Positions 41,899-51,490 of a DNA stretch of 64,000 bases are shown piece after piece. The first letter of the stretch is position 1, and each line of letters opens with the position of its first letter. The translations under genes were made by a program, and so were the position numbers. Below the pieces are notes generated by a model. The model did no database searches, was not told where the DNA came from, and saw only the letters and a program-made list of their open reading frames with translations. The stretch spans positions 1,664,001 through 1,728,000 of the forward strand of contig OY729428.2 of the NCBI GenBank assembly GCA_963422375.2. Direction: 5' to 3'. The stretch comes from Bryobacterales bacterium (GTDB lineage: Bacteria; Acidobacteriota; Terriglobia; Bryobacterales; UBA6623).

Positions 41899-43188
41899 AT
41901 GATGCCGATGCCGAGCTCAGCCTCCGCGGGAATCGCGCTACTCCTCGCCCTAGCCGTGCCAGCCCTCGCTGTCGACAAACCGAATATCGTGTTGGTCATG
42001 GCCGACGACGTCGGCGACCAGGCGATCGGCTGCTACGGCGGGACGTCCTACTCGACTCCTCGCATCGATGCGCTTGCCGCCGGCGGGATGCGGTTCCGTC
42101 ACTGCTACTCGATGCCCGTATGCCATCCGACGCGCATCGCTCTCATGACCGGCCAGTATCCGTTCCGGGCGGGGCACCCGCCGTGGGGCACCTTCCCGAA
42201 GGGCCTTGAGGGGGCGACCATCGCCAGTCGCCTGCGCGATCTGGGTTACGCGACGGCCGTTGCTGGAAAGTGGCAGCTCACCCTCCTGCGGGACGATCCC
42301 CGCCATCCGGGGCGGCTTGGTTTTGATCGCTGGTCGCTCTTCGGCTGGCACGAGGGGCCGCGGTACTACCGGCCACTCATCTACGAGGACGGGACGGTCC
42401 GGTCGGACGTCATCGACCGTTACGGGCCGGATGTATACGTCGAATCTCTTGTCGAATTCATGCGCGAGAACACCGACAATCCGTTCTTCGCCTACTACCC
42501 GATGGCATTGGCGCATGACGTGACCGACGACGTCGGCACGCCGCCGCCGGTCGGGCCGCAGGGTCAATACGACAGCTACAAGCGCATGGTCGAGAACATG
42601 GACGAGTGCGTGGGCAGGCTGGTCGCCGCGCTGGAGGAGCTTGGGATCCGCGACCGGACATTGTTCCTGTTCACCGCCGACAACGGGACTCCCGGGTCGT
42701 ACTACTCCACCGCCCAAGGCAGCCGGATGTTCAAGCAGCCCATCGAGTTCACATGGAATGGAACCGCTTCCAAGGGAGGGAAGGGCGAACTCACCGATGC
42801 CGGCACGCGCGTGCCGCTGGTGGCCAGTTGGCCGGGCACGCTCCCCGCCGGTGCTGTCGTCGACGACCTAGTCGACTTTACGGACTGGCTGCCTACGCTA
42901 GTCGACCTTGCCGGCGGGGAGATGCCGGAAGGGCTGGACGGCGTGAGCCACGCCCGGCGGCTGCGCGGAGGTCCGGGCGGCGCGCGTCGCTGGGCGTTCG
43001 CCTCGCGGCGAGGCCAGAGCTGGGTGCGCACGCAGCGCTGGAAGCTCTACGACGACGGGAGGCTCTTCGACTTGGACGGTCGTCGCGACGAGGGGGCGGC
43101 GGTCGGCATCCGCGACCAGTCCAGCCCGGCTAGCGAAGCGCGGGCGGAGCTTTCTGCGGCCCTCCGCAGCCTTGCTTCCGCCGACTGA
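41899..43188 (+). CDS. Sulfatase (Cys-type FGly)
   Basis: Signal peptide, PNIVLVMADDVG, CHPTR, AGKWQL, TADNG; paralogous to 14819-16228. Confidence 0.9.
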   Translation: MMPMPSSASAGIALLLALAVPALAVDKPNIVLVMADDVGDQAIGCYGGTSYSTPRIDALAAGGMRFRHCYSMPVCHPTRIALMTGQYPFRAGHPPWGTFPKGLEGATIASRLRDLGYATAVAGKWQLTLLRDDPRHPGRLGFDRWSLFGWHEGPRYYRPLIYEDGTVRSDVIDRYGPDVYVESLVEFMRENTDNPFFAYYPMALAHDVTDDVGTPPPVGPQGQYDSYKRMVENMDECVGRLVAALEELGIRDRTLFLFTADNGTPGSYYSTAQGSRMFKQPIEFTWNGTASKGGKGELTDAGTRVPLVASWPGTLPAGAVVDDLVDFTDWLPTLVDLAGGEMPEGLDGVSHARRLRGGPGGARRWAFASRRGQSWVRTQRWKLYDDGRLFDLDGRRDEGAAVGIRDQSSPASEARAELSAALRSLASAD

Positions 43189-43200
43189 TCGGCTGCTGCC

Positions 43201-44103
43201 TTGCGGGCCGTCCTCTTCGGTGCGAGCGGACAGCTCGGCCGGGATCTCGCGAGAGAGTGTCGCGCTCGCGGCCACGCGCTGGCGGCCTTGCAGCGGTGCG
43301 ACTGCGACATCGGCGAAGAGCAGGCCGTCCGGCGCGAGATCGTCAAGCACCGGCCAGACTGGGTCATTAACGCCGCCGCTTTTAACTTGGTCGACCAAGC
43401 TGAGTCGGAACCAAGGGCGGCTCTGCGCGACAACGCCTTGGCGGTGCGCAGCCTCGCCCAGGCGTGCCGGGATGCCGGAGCAACGCTCCTGCAATTTTCG
43501 ACGGACTACGTGTTTGACGGCGGCAAGTCGATCCCCTATACCGAGCGGGATCTCCCGGGACCGCGGTCGGTCTACGGGGTGTCCAAGCTTGCAGGAGAGC
43601 TGTTCGCCCGTTCCTTGTGCCCGAAGCACTACGTCCTGAGGGTGGCCGGGATCTACGGCCCCTGGGGCCGGCACACTCGCCGGGGCAATTTTCCGGAATT
43701 CGTCCTGCGGCTGGCTGCGGAGGGTCGGACGCTCCAAATCGTCCGGGACCGCCTGGCGACCCCGACGTTTGGCACGGCCTTGGCCAAGCGCTCGCTGGAC
43801 GTGCTGGAACTGGGAATCCCGTTCGGTCTCTACCATCTCGCGGGAGGCGAGACGGTGTCTTGGTACGCATTCGCGCGTGAGGTCGTTAGGGCCGCGCGCT
43901 GCTCGGCAGAGATCGTGCCCGTCAGCTCGGCGGAGCATGCCGCGCAAGCCCTCCGCCCACGGTACTCGGCGCTGTCGAACGCTAGGATTCAAGCGGCCGG
44001 GATCGCCCGCATGCCCGCGATCGAAGACTGCCTGCGGGAGTACATGCTCCTTCGGCGCCGCGACCCGGCGGGCCGAGGGCGGGGCCGCCCGCAGTCGGCC
44101 TAG
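43201..44103 (+). CDS. rfbD: dTDP-4-dehydrorhamnose reductase
   Basis: GASGQLG, INAAAF..VDQAE, STDYVFDG, YGVSK, RPRYSALS. Confidence 0.92.
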   Translation: MRAVLFGASGQLGRDLARECRARGHALAALQRCDCDIGEEQAVRREIVKHRPDWVINAAAFNLVDQAESEPRAALRDNALAVRSLAQACRDAGATLLQFSTDYVFDGGKSIPYTERDLPGPRSVYGVSKLAGELFARSLCPKHYVLRVAGIYGPWGRHTRRGNFPEFVLRLAAEGRTLQIVRDRLATPTFGTALAKRSLDVLELGIPFGLYHLAGGETVSWYAFAREVVRAARCSAEIVPVSSAEHAAQALRPRYSALSNARIQAAGIARMPAIEDCLREYMLLRRRDPAGRGRGRPQSA

Positions 44104-44137
44104 GGAATCCCTACTATTCCGATAGGAATTCGGTATA

Positions 44138-45259
44138 ATGAGCGTGTTGACTGCCATGGCAGAGCCCAAGCCGACAGTGCGCGGTGCGCATTCGTGTGCG
44201 CACGCCGCGACATTCCGCCAGTTGAGCGATTTCTTCCTCCTGTCGGAAGGCGGGTACGAGCCAGTCCGCGAGTTTCTCGGCGAGACGGACGTTCGCTCGG
44301 TCTGCGAGACGATGCATCTCGCCTCCGGAGAGCCTTGGAGCCTCCCGATCGTCTTCCCGATCGACACGGCCGCCAGACAGCGCCTGTTCTCCTCTGACGA
44401 GGTGCTGCTCACCGACGGGGGCGCCCCGGCCGGGTATTTGCGGATCAAGGACATCTTCCGAATCGACAAGGACCTGTACGCCCGGAGCGTATTCCGCACA
44501 TGCGACGAGGCTCATCCCGGTGTCGCTTGGCTGCGTGATGCGGGCGAGTTCTCCGTCGCCGGCAGCGTTGAGTCGCTCCCCGGCTGGACTCTCGACCTGC
44601 CCGGCGCGCTGGCGGTCTCCCCTCGAGAGATCGCGGCGCTGCTGGTGCGGAAGGGCTGGAATACCGCGGTCGGGTTCCAGACTCGCAACCCGATTCACCG
44701 GGCCCACGAGTTCTGCACCAAGATCGCCTTGGAGACGGTCGACGGGCTCGTCATCCATCCGCTGCTCGGCGAGACTAAGGCCGACGACACGCCGGTCGAG
44801 GTTCGGCTGGCCTGCTACGACGTACTGCTGCGCAACTACTATTCGCCAGAGCACACGCTGCTCGCCGGCTTTCCCGCATGGATGCGCTACGCCGGCCCGA
44901 GGGAGGCCGTCTTCCACGCCCAGGTGCGGCGCAACTACGGCATGACGCACTTCATCGTGGGTCGCGACCATGCCGGGGTCGGGGACTACTACGGGCCGTT
45001 CGACGCGCAGAATATCTTCGCGGATTTCCTGCCCGGCGAACTGGGCATCGAGCCGGTGTTCTTCGACTTTGTGCATTTCTGCCGGGCCTGCCGGGGCATG
45101 GCTTCGAAGAAGACCTGCCCTCACCCGCGCGAGCATCACGTCCATCTGGCGGGCAGGGAAGTGCGCAAGATGCTGCGCGAAGGCAGGATGCCGCCGGGCG
45201 AGTTCACGCGCCCCGAAGTGGCAGAGATCCTAATGGCCTCGGCCCGGAGGATGGCGTGA
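44138..45259 (+). CDS. sat: Sulfate adenylyltransferase (Sat type)
   Basis: FQTRNPIHRAHE, MRYAGPREAVFHA..RRNYG.THFIVGRDHAGVG. Confidence 0.93.
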   Translation: MSVLTAMAEPKPTVRGAHSCAHAATFRQLSDFFLLSEGGYEPVREFLGETDVRSVCETMHLASGEPWSLPIVFPIDTAARQRLFSSDEVLLTDGGAPAGYLRIKDIFRIDKDLYARSVFRTCDEAHPGVAWLRDAGEFSVAGSVESLPGWTLDLPGALAVSPREIAALLVRKGWNTAVGFQTRNPIHRAHEFCTKIALETVDGLVIHPLLGETKADDTPVEVRLACYDVLLRNYYSPEHTLLAGFPAWMRYAGPREAVFHAQVRRNYGMTHFIVGRDHAGVGDYYGPFDAQNIFADFLPGELGIEPVFFDFVHFCRACRGMASKKTCPHPREHHVHLAGREVRKMLREGRMPPGEFTRPEVAEILMASARRMA

Positions 45260-46041
45260 GCGAGCCCTGCCCGAAGTTCTCCTGGCCTTCCCCTCGCGCC
45301 ACCGCCGAGGAAATCCTTCGCTGGGCCATTGACGAATTCGGGCACCGCCTCGCGATTTGCACGAGCTTCCAGGCATCCGGCTCGGTCATCATCGATATGG
45401 TCGCGAAGATTGCCGGGTCGGACGTCAGCGTGTTTAGTGTCGACACGGGGCGGCTGCACGAGGAGACCTACGCGCTGATCTCGGAATTCCGAGGGCGCTA
45501 CGGTATCACCGTCCAGCTGGTCGCTCCCGACGCCGAGGAGCTGGGAGCGATGCAGACAATGCACGGTCCGAATCTGTTCTACGAGCATTCGGCCAAGCGC
45601 AAGCTGTGCTGCGAAATCCGCAAGGTGCGGCCGCTGAAGCGACGGCTGGCCACGCTCGACGCTTGGGTGACCGGCCTGCGGCGCGACCAAGACCCGGGGC
45701 GCGCCGGGATCGAGAGGCTCGCTGTAGACGAAGAGCACGGCGGAATCCTGAAGCTCGCGCCGCTGGCAGACTGGACTCGGGAGCAGGTGTTCGAGTACGC
45801 GGAGAGGCACGCGGTGCCCTTGCATCCCCTCTACGCTAAAGGGTTCGCCAGCATCGGCTGCCAGCCCTGCACGCGGGAGTCGAATCCCGGTGAGAACGGC
45901 CGGGCGGCCCGCTGGTGGTGGGAGCAGGGTGTCGACAAGGAATGCGGCATGCACGTCGCGCCCGGCGGCAGAGTGCGCCGCGAATTCGAGTTGCTACTAG
46001 ACGGCGTGTTGCCCGCGCGCCGTCCGTATCTGGTGAGATAG
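45256..46041 (+). CDS. cysH: APS/PAPS reductase, Fe-S (APS reductase) type
   Basis: DTGRLHEET, CCEIRKV, WVTGLRRDQ, SIGCQPCT, KECGMH; GTG start overlaps the sat stop. Confidence 0.9.
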   Translation: MSEPCPKFSWPSPRATAEEILRWAIDEFGHRLAICTSFQASGSVIIDMVAKIAGSDVSVFSVDTGRLHEETYALISEFRGRYGITVQLVAPDAEELGAMQTMHGPNLFYEHSAKRKLCCEIRKVRPLKRRLATLDAWVTGLRRDQDPGRAGIERLAVDEEHGGILKLAPLADWTREQVFEYAERHAVPLHPLYAKGFASIGCQPCTRESNPGENGRAARWWWEQGVDKECGMHVAPGGRVRREFELLLDGVLPARRPYLVR

Positions 46042-46098
46042 GCCGCTGTTGCAGTCCGCGGGCGAGCGCGGGGGGCCGCCCCGCGCGATTGGATCCGA

Positions 46099-46632
46099 AT
46101 GAAGCATCAAGGAATCACAATCTGGCTGACCGGACTCTCCGGATCCGGCAAGTCCACCGTGGCGAACCTCCTCGCGAAGCGGCTGCGCGCTGCGGGCGCG
46201 CGGGTCGAGATCCTTGACGGCGACGTCATCCGAACGAACCTTTCGAGGGGCCTCGGCTTCAGCAAGGCGGACCGTGACGCGAACATCCGTCGCATCGGCT
46301 TCGTCTGCGGCCTGCTGTCGAGGAACGGCATCATTGTGATCGCTGCGGCCATCTCCCCGTACCTCATGGTACGCAACGAGGTGCGCGCCAAGACGACGAA
46401 CTTTGTCGAAGTCTTCGCGGATTGCGCGTTCGAGAAGCTAGTCGAGAGGGACGTGAAAGGGCTATACAAGAGAGCGCTGGCGGGCGAGATCAAGAATTTC
46501 ACCGGCGTGTCCGATCCGTACGAGCCTCCGGATGCTCCGGAAGTGCGCATCGATTCTGGGGTGCAAACGCCCGACGAGTCGACGGCCGCTGTGTGGGACT
46601 ATCTTGTACGGGTTGGCCTGCTCGGGCCGTGA
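46099..46632 (+). CDS. cysC: Adenylyl-sulfate kinase
   Basis: WLTGLSGSGKST, LDGD, RDVKGLY, FTGVSDPYE. Confidence 0.95.
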   Translation: MKHQGITIWLTGLSGSGKSTVANLLAKRLRAAGARVEILDGDVIRTNLSRGLGFSKADRDANIRRIGFVCGLLSRNGIIVIAAAISPYLMVRNEVRAKTTNFVEVFADCAFEKLVERDVKGLYKRALAGEIKNFTGVSDPYEPPDAPEVRIDSGVQTPDESTAAVWDYLVRVGLLGP

Positions 46633-46874
46633 CCGTCACCGGCGCCTGGTACGTGTTGTGGCCCCGTCCGTCCCACCGGCGCCCGAAGCATCCGACTGCT
46701 GCGAAGGGCCGCCGAGCATAACCTCGATCGCAGTGGGCACTAACGCTCCGTTCATCGGCCCGCTAGCGCACGTCAGGGGCGAAATCCGCTGGGAAGCGGG
46801 CGCGAGGCGACGTCCGCCAGCACGCCGGATGCGGCTTGGCATTCGTTTGGGAATTATATATCTGAGTGCCGAGG

Positions 46875-48418
46875 GAGCCTTTTGCAAAATTCAGAAAAGA
46901 GGGCTGACCGCCCCATGAACGACTAGTTTCCGGGCTGTTATTCTCGCCGAAAAAGACCCCCTTCAGCTGGGCTTGCTCGGCTTCGGGGCGCTCCTGCGAG
47001 GAGCGGCCCCGTGCAGGCGCAGCTCTCCCGGCCCGGCCCTGCGGGCGGGCGCTCTGCCCGGCTGTCCCGGCGGCCCGGGCTCTCGGAGCGCCAGACGCGG
47101 GAGCTGCTCCACCGTCAGCGCGAGCACGCCGAACAGGAGGTGGCACAGCACCTTGCCGCGGCCGCGGACGCGCACGTGGCGCCCGCCGCAATCGTCCTTC
47201 AGGCGGCCGTTGACACGCTCCACCGTCGAGCGCTCGCGGTAGCGCAGCTTGGCGGGATCCGCCCGCCCGGCGCTGCGCAGCGCCTTGGCCTCCCGTTCCA
47301 GATCCGCCTGCAGCTCCGTCCGGCCGCGCGGGTTGACATCGATGAGCGGCACGTGCCCGAGCCGCTTGCTGAAGGCCCGGATCCCGGCCGCGTCGTACGC
47401 GCTGTCCATCCGGTCGTACAGGTTGTCGACGCGGCCCGCGGTCCGTGTCGCCAGCGGGATCGCGGCCTGGCTGTCGTGCAGCGAAGCCGCGGTGAGCAGG
47501 CAGCTGACCGGGATCCCGCCGTCGATCGCGTCGATAGGCAGCTTGTAGCCGCGCCAGCTGACGGTACGGCCCTTGGCGTTGCGCTTGGTGCCGGTATCGC
47601 AGCCCTGCGGCAGGTCGTGCAGCATTGCTTCGAGATTCATGTCGGGCTGCCGCGCCAGTCGGCGCGGAGCGGGCGGCCGCTGCTCGCCCTTGCGAGGGCG
47701 CCCGCGCTTGCGTTTCGGCTGGGGTTCCGGCGCGGGCTTCCCGGCGGGCCGCTCGCGGCCCTCGCTGGCGGTCGAGTCGCGGGAGACGCGCCCTGCCAAG
47801 CGGCCGTCGAGCGTCCGCGCGAGCAGCGCCTCGTGCAAGCGTCCGGGCAGTTCGCCGGCGGCGAACTCGGCGAAGGCGCGCGAGAAGGCTGCCTCGCCGG
47901 GCACGGCCCCGGCCAGGTCCCGGCCGCACAGTCGGCGCAGGGTGCGATCGGTCCGCAGGCGCTCGACCGGCGAGCGCGTAGTGGGCTGGTCGAAGACGGC
48001 CTTGGCGATGCAGGCGCGCGCCATGGCGGCGCGGCTTTCGAGGGGGCGGCCGCGGCCGCCCTGCCCGACGGGCAGGCAGTCCTCGACCTGCGCCAGTTCC
48101 ACCGCTTGAACGAAGCTGCGGTAGCGCTCGCCGAGGGGGCCGAGTTCCTGCTGGAGCCAGGGGAACAGCTCCTGCTGGAACGTGAACCAGTACGCGGATA
48201 CGGTTTCTATCAAGGACATATTCGTTGAATCCTGCCAGCTGTTTACTAGGATTGCATTACAATAATAGCACGGAGATCAAGGGATTTCCAGGAAACTAAA
48301 AACGCAGACAAGCCATTAAAACTACATTTACTACAGTTCTATTTCATTTATTATATCGAATACTTAATAGACTAACTAAATGATAATGCTATTAGCGCGG
48401 GATTTTTGTAAAAGGCTC
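46875..48418 (-). mobile_element. IS5/IS1182-like IS, copy 2
   Basis: TIRs GAGCCTTTTGCAAAA / TTTTGTAAAAGGCTC; near-identical to 30940-32445; no TSD. Confidence 0.9.
46963..48219 (-). CDS. IS5/IS1182-like DDE transposase (open frame, many substitutions)
   Basis: 418 aa; SRDST, GYKL, HDSQ, MDSAYD, YRERSTVERVNGRLK. Confidence 0.85.
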   Translation of the reverse strand: MSLIETVSAYWFTFQQELFPWLQQELGPLGERYRSFVQAVELAQVEDCLPVGQGGRGRPLESRAAMARACIAKAVFDQPTTRSPVERLRTDRTLRRLCGRDLAGAVPGEAAFSRAFAEFAAGELPGRLHEALLARTLDGRLAGRVSRDSTASEGRERPAGKPAPEPQPKRKRGRPRKGEQRPPAPRRLARQPDMNLEAMLHDLPQGCDTGTKRNAKGRTVSWRGYKLPIDAIDGGIPVSCLLTAASLHDSQAAIPLATRTAGRVDNLYDRMDSAYDAAGIRAFSKRLGHVPLIDVNPRGRTELQADLEREAKALRSAGRADPAKLRYRERSTVERVNGRLKDDCGGRHVRVRGRGKVLCHLLFGVLALTVEQLPRLALREPGPPGQPGRAPARRAGPGELRLHGAAPRRSAPKPSKPS

Positions 48419-48485
48419 AAATTATCAAGCCATAATAAGATTTCATATTTCTTCCGACTTTCCGTTGAAATTCTGTGGTGTTTCT

Positions 48486-50304
48486 GTGCTTTTCGGAGCG
48501 GCCTGGCCTGACGCCTTCCGTGGGCGTGAGCCAGTTATTCTCGGGGGGCGAGCGCGTTGCCAACACCGGGGCGTCGGACATTTATTCCTACAAGGGGAGC
48601 TACACAAAGATCGTCGGCAACCACCAGATCAAGATCGGCGGCGAATGCAGCACGAACCGCCACTTCGGTGTGACCAATGATCACAACATCGCGTTCGTTC
48701 CGGCGAACACCGCCAATCCGCAAACCGCCACCGGAGACAGCGCTCTAGCGTCATGGCTGCTCAACGTGCCCAACAACGCCGGGCGCAGGGAATTCTTCAA
48801 GCGGCTGCACCGGGGGGCGATCGGCGGATTCTACCTGCAGGACAACTGGAAGGTCACGCCCAAGCTGGCGGTCAACCTCGGCTTGCGTTACAACCGGACG
48901 TGGAGCCCCATCGTCGGATCGTACGAGGACAAGGGTATCTTCGCGGGCACGCCGGACATTGAACGCGTCCACGGCGGACTGCAGGTCGTCCAGGCGCAGC
49001 CCGGCCTTGCAGCAGTTTGGGTTCGGCGCCCTGCATTCCGACGCCAGGCGGAAGCCTGCCGGACGAGATCCGCGTGTCCCCGAACCAGCAGCTCATCAAC
49101 GACTGGACCGACAACTGGAAGGCCCGCGTCGGAATCGCCTGCCGCCTGAGCGAGCGCATCTCGCTGCGAGCGTCCGGGGCCCCTTCTACGACAGCTGGGC
49201 CGGGATGAACCGGATGATGCAGGCCCAGGGCCACACATGGCCGGATGTCGGCAGCAGCAGTCAGGGAACCTCAACACCCCCACCAGCGGCAAGCCCATTC
49301 CGGGCGTCTCCGGCAAGAATCCGTTCCCGGCGGGCCTCCTGCCAGGGCCCACGCCATTCAACCGCGTCGCCGGGCACGCCGACCCGAGCGTCAAGACCCA
49401 GTACTCGATGCAGTGGAACTTCGGGCTGCAGCACCAGCTGGCCGGCGACACCCTCGTCACGGCGAAGTACGTCGGCTCGGCCAACCGCCGGGCGCCGCTG
49501 GACCACTTCTACATCACAGCGATGACTCCCGGCCCGGGCGACCCTGCCGAGCGGAGTCCATATCCGTTCATCGTCCCGACGTTCTGCCAGCGCAGCATCG
49601 GGCGAGCCAACTACAACGCGTTCCAGTTCCAGCTGACCAAGCGCGCCCGCAAATTCACCCACATGGTGAACTACACCTGGTCCAAGACGATCAATCTCGC
49701 CTGCGACGGCTGGTACAACGTGGAAGGGTGCTCGACTCAGACGCCCTACGATCATGTGCGCGACAAGGGTGTGGCCGGACAGGACCTGACCCACATCTTC
49801 AACTTCAATTGGGTCTACCGCATCCCGGTCGGCCCGGGCATGAAGTCGACCGGAAGCACGGTTCTCGACCACCTTGTCGGAACCTGGCAGCTGAATGGAA
49901 CCGCGAATCTCTATTCCGGCCGCCCGTACCACATCAACGTCAGTGGTGACATCGCGAACACCCGCAACCGCAACGGGTACATGCGGGCCGACCAGGTCGG
50001 TGATCCGCGTCTGAACAGCCCCACGCCGGCAAGATGGTTCAACACGGACGCGTTCAGAGCGCCGGCTCCGTTCACCTTCTGCAACTCGGGTCGGCACGCC
50101 TTGCGCTCCGACGGCGTGACGAATTTCGACCTGCCGGGGCGGGAGGGGATGCGGCTGCAGTTCCGCGCGGAGGCCTTCAACGCGTTCAATCACGCCGACT
50201 TCGCCATACCCGTGCAGAATCTGAGCCCCAGCAACTTCGGAGTCGTCACGGCCACGCAGAGACAGGCGCGCCAGTTCCAACTGGGACGGAAGCTGGTCTT
50301 CTAG
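48486..50304 (+). pseudogene. 5'-truncated, frameshifted TonB-dependent receptor
   Basis: GFYLQDNWKVTPKLAVNLGLRY; NYTWSK; LQFRAEAFNAFNH..ARQFQLG.KLVF split over several frames; begins at the IS1595 remnant. Confidence 0.85.
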
Positions 50305-50352
50305 CCAGGCCTGCGGGCCGTCCGACGCGGGGCGGCCCGCGGGTCCCCGCCG

Positions 50353-51393
50353 CTACGCGCCGGGCACTCCTTCCGGGAGCAGGTAGTACCCAGCGGCAAT
50401 GTAGACGCAGTACGCGGCAAGGAGAATGTATCCGAAACCCCGGCGCAGTACGTCCCGTGACAGGATCACGCCCGTCCGGAATACGATCAGGATGAATAGC
50501 ATTGCAGGGAAGAGGACCGAGAAGAAGTTGCCTCCGGCGTGAAGGCCGCCGGGAGTCACCGCCGCCGCCGCTCCGGCCACGAACAGCACGTTCAGGATGT
50601 CGGCGCCGATGACGTTTCCGACGGCGAGTTCGCCCTGGCCGCGCCGGGCCGCCGTGACGGCGGTGACCAGTTCCGGCAGCGATGTGCCGAAGGCGACCAA
50701 CGTGGCGGCGATGACGCTGTCCGGCACGGACATTCGCCTGGCGGCCTCTGTCACGCCTGGGATCACCACGTGCGCCGAGAGGACCACGAGCGCGACTGCC
50801 GCGGCCAGCTTCAGCAGCGCGATCCAAGCTGACGCCGCCCCGTAGCTTTCGGCTGTCCCGGTCGAGTGGCGCTGCTGGCCGGCCCAGCGGACCGACAGGT
50901 ACAGGTACGCGGCAAGCAGTGCCAGCAGCAGGAATCCGCTCGCCTGGGCCAGTGTCCCGCCCGCCAGCAACGTCTGGTCCAGGCGCGTCCACGGCACGCA
51001 CAGCACGACGAGCAGAACGCCCACGCCGATCTGGATCCAGCCCTGCCTGTTGACGATCCGGGGATCGAGCTTCAGCGGAGCGATCAGGCAGGCGAGCCCT
51101 AGGATCAGCCCGGTGTCGGCGATCACCGACCCGACGGCGTTCCCCAGTGCCAGGCCCGGAGCGCCTTCGATCGCTGCCAGGACCGATACGGCCGCCTCCG
51201 GAGTGGTCGTGCCTAAGCTGACGATCGTCGCGCCCACCACCATGGGCGGGATGCGCAGGTTCTCGGATAGATCGACCGCTTGGTCCACGAGCATGTCCGC
51301 GGACTTGCCGAGGACGAGCAGCGACACCGCAACGCTGGCGAGAAGCAGCGACCAATGGATCTGCGAGAAGAAATGCGCAATTGCATCTTCCAT
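50353..51393 (-). CDS. Calcium/sodium antiporter (YrbG/CaCA family)
   Basis: Two alpha repeats SLGTTTPE..GNAVGS and AFGTSLPE..GNVIGADI. Confidence 0.92.
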   Translation of the reverse strand: MEDAIAHFFSQIHWSLLLASVAVSLLVLGKSADMLVDQAVDLSENLRIPPMVVGATIVSLGTTTPEAAVSVLAAIEGAPGLALGNAVGSVIADTGLILGLACLIAPLKLDPRIVNRQGWIQIGVGVLLVVLCVPWTRLDQTLLAGGTLAQASGFLLLALLAAYLYLSVRWAGQQRHSTGTAESYGAASAWIALLKLAAAVALVVLSAHVVIPGVTEAARRMSVPDSVIAATLVAFGTSLPELVTAVTAARRGQGELAVGNVIGADILNVLFVAGAAAAVTPGGLHAGGNFFSVLFPAMLFILIVFRTGVILSRDVLRRGFGYILLAAYCVYIAAGYYLLPEGVPGA

Positions 51394-51490
51394 TGCGAAT
51401 TACGAGTCTATCCGAGTTCAGACCGGCTCGGGACGCGGCTGTTCCGAGCGTGGAAGCGCATTACAATTACGGACGGGGCTGGGCAAGCGC

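Larger units (their letters stand above)
46849..48485 (+). mobile_element. Isolated IS1595 left end (46849-46874 and 48419-48485) split by the IS5/IS1182-like element
   Basis: GGGAATTATATATCTGAGTGCCGAGG, then the insertion, then AAATTATCAAGCC..GTGGTGTTTCT matching 381-447. Confidence 0.85.

Noticed and set aside
30940..48418. Large composite element bounded by the two inverted IS5/IS1182-like copies
   Set aside because: Copy 1 has its own GAAT TSD, the outer flanks do not match, and the interval contains ordinary chromosomal genes
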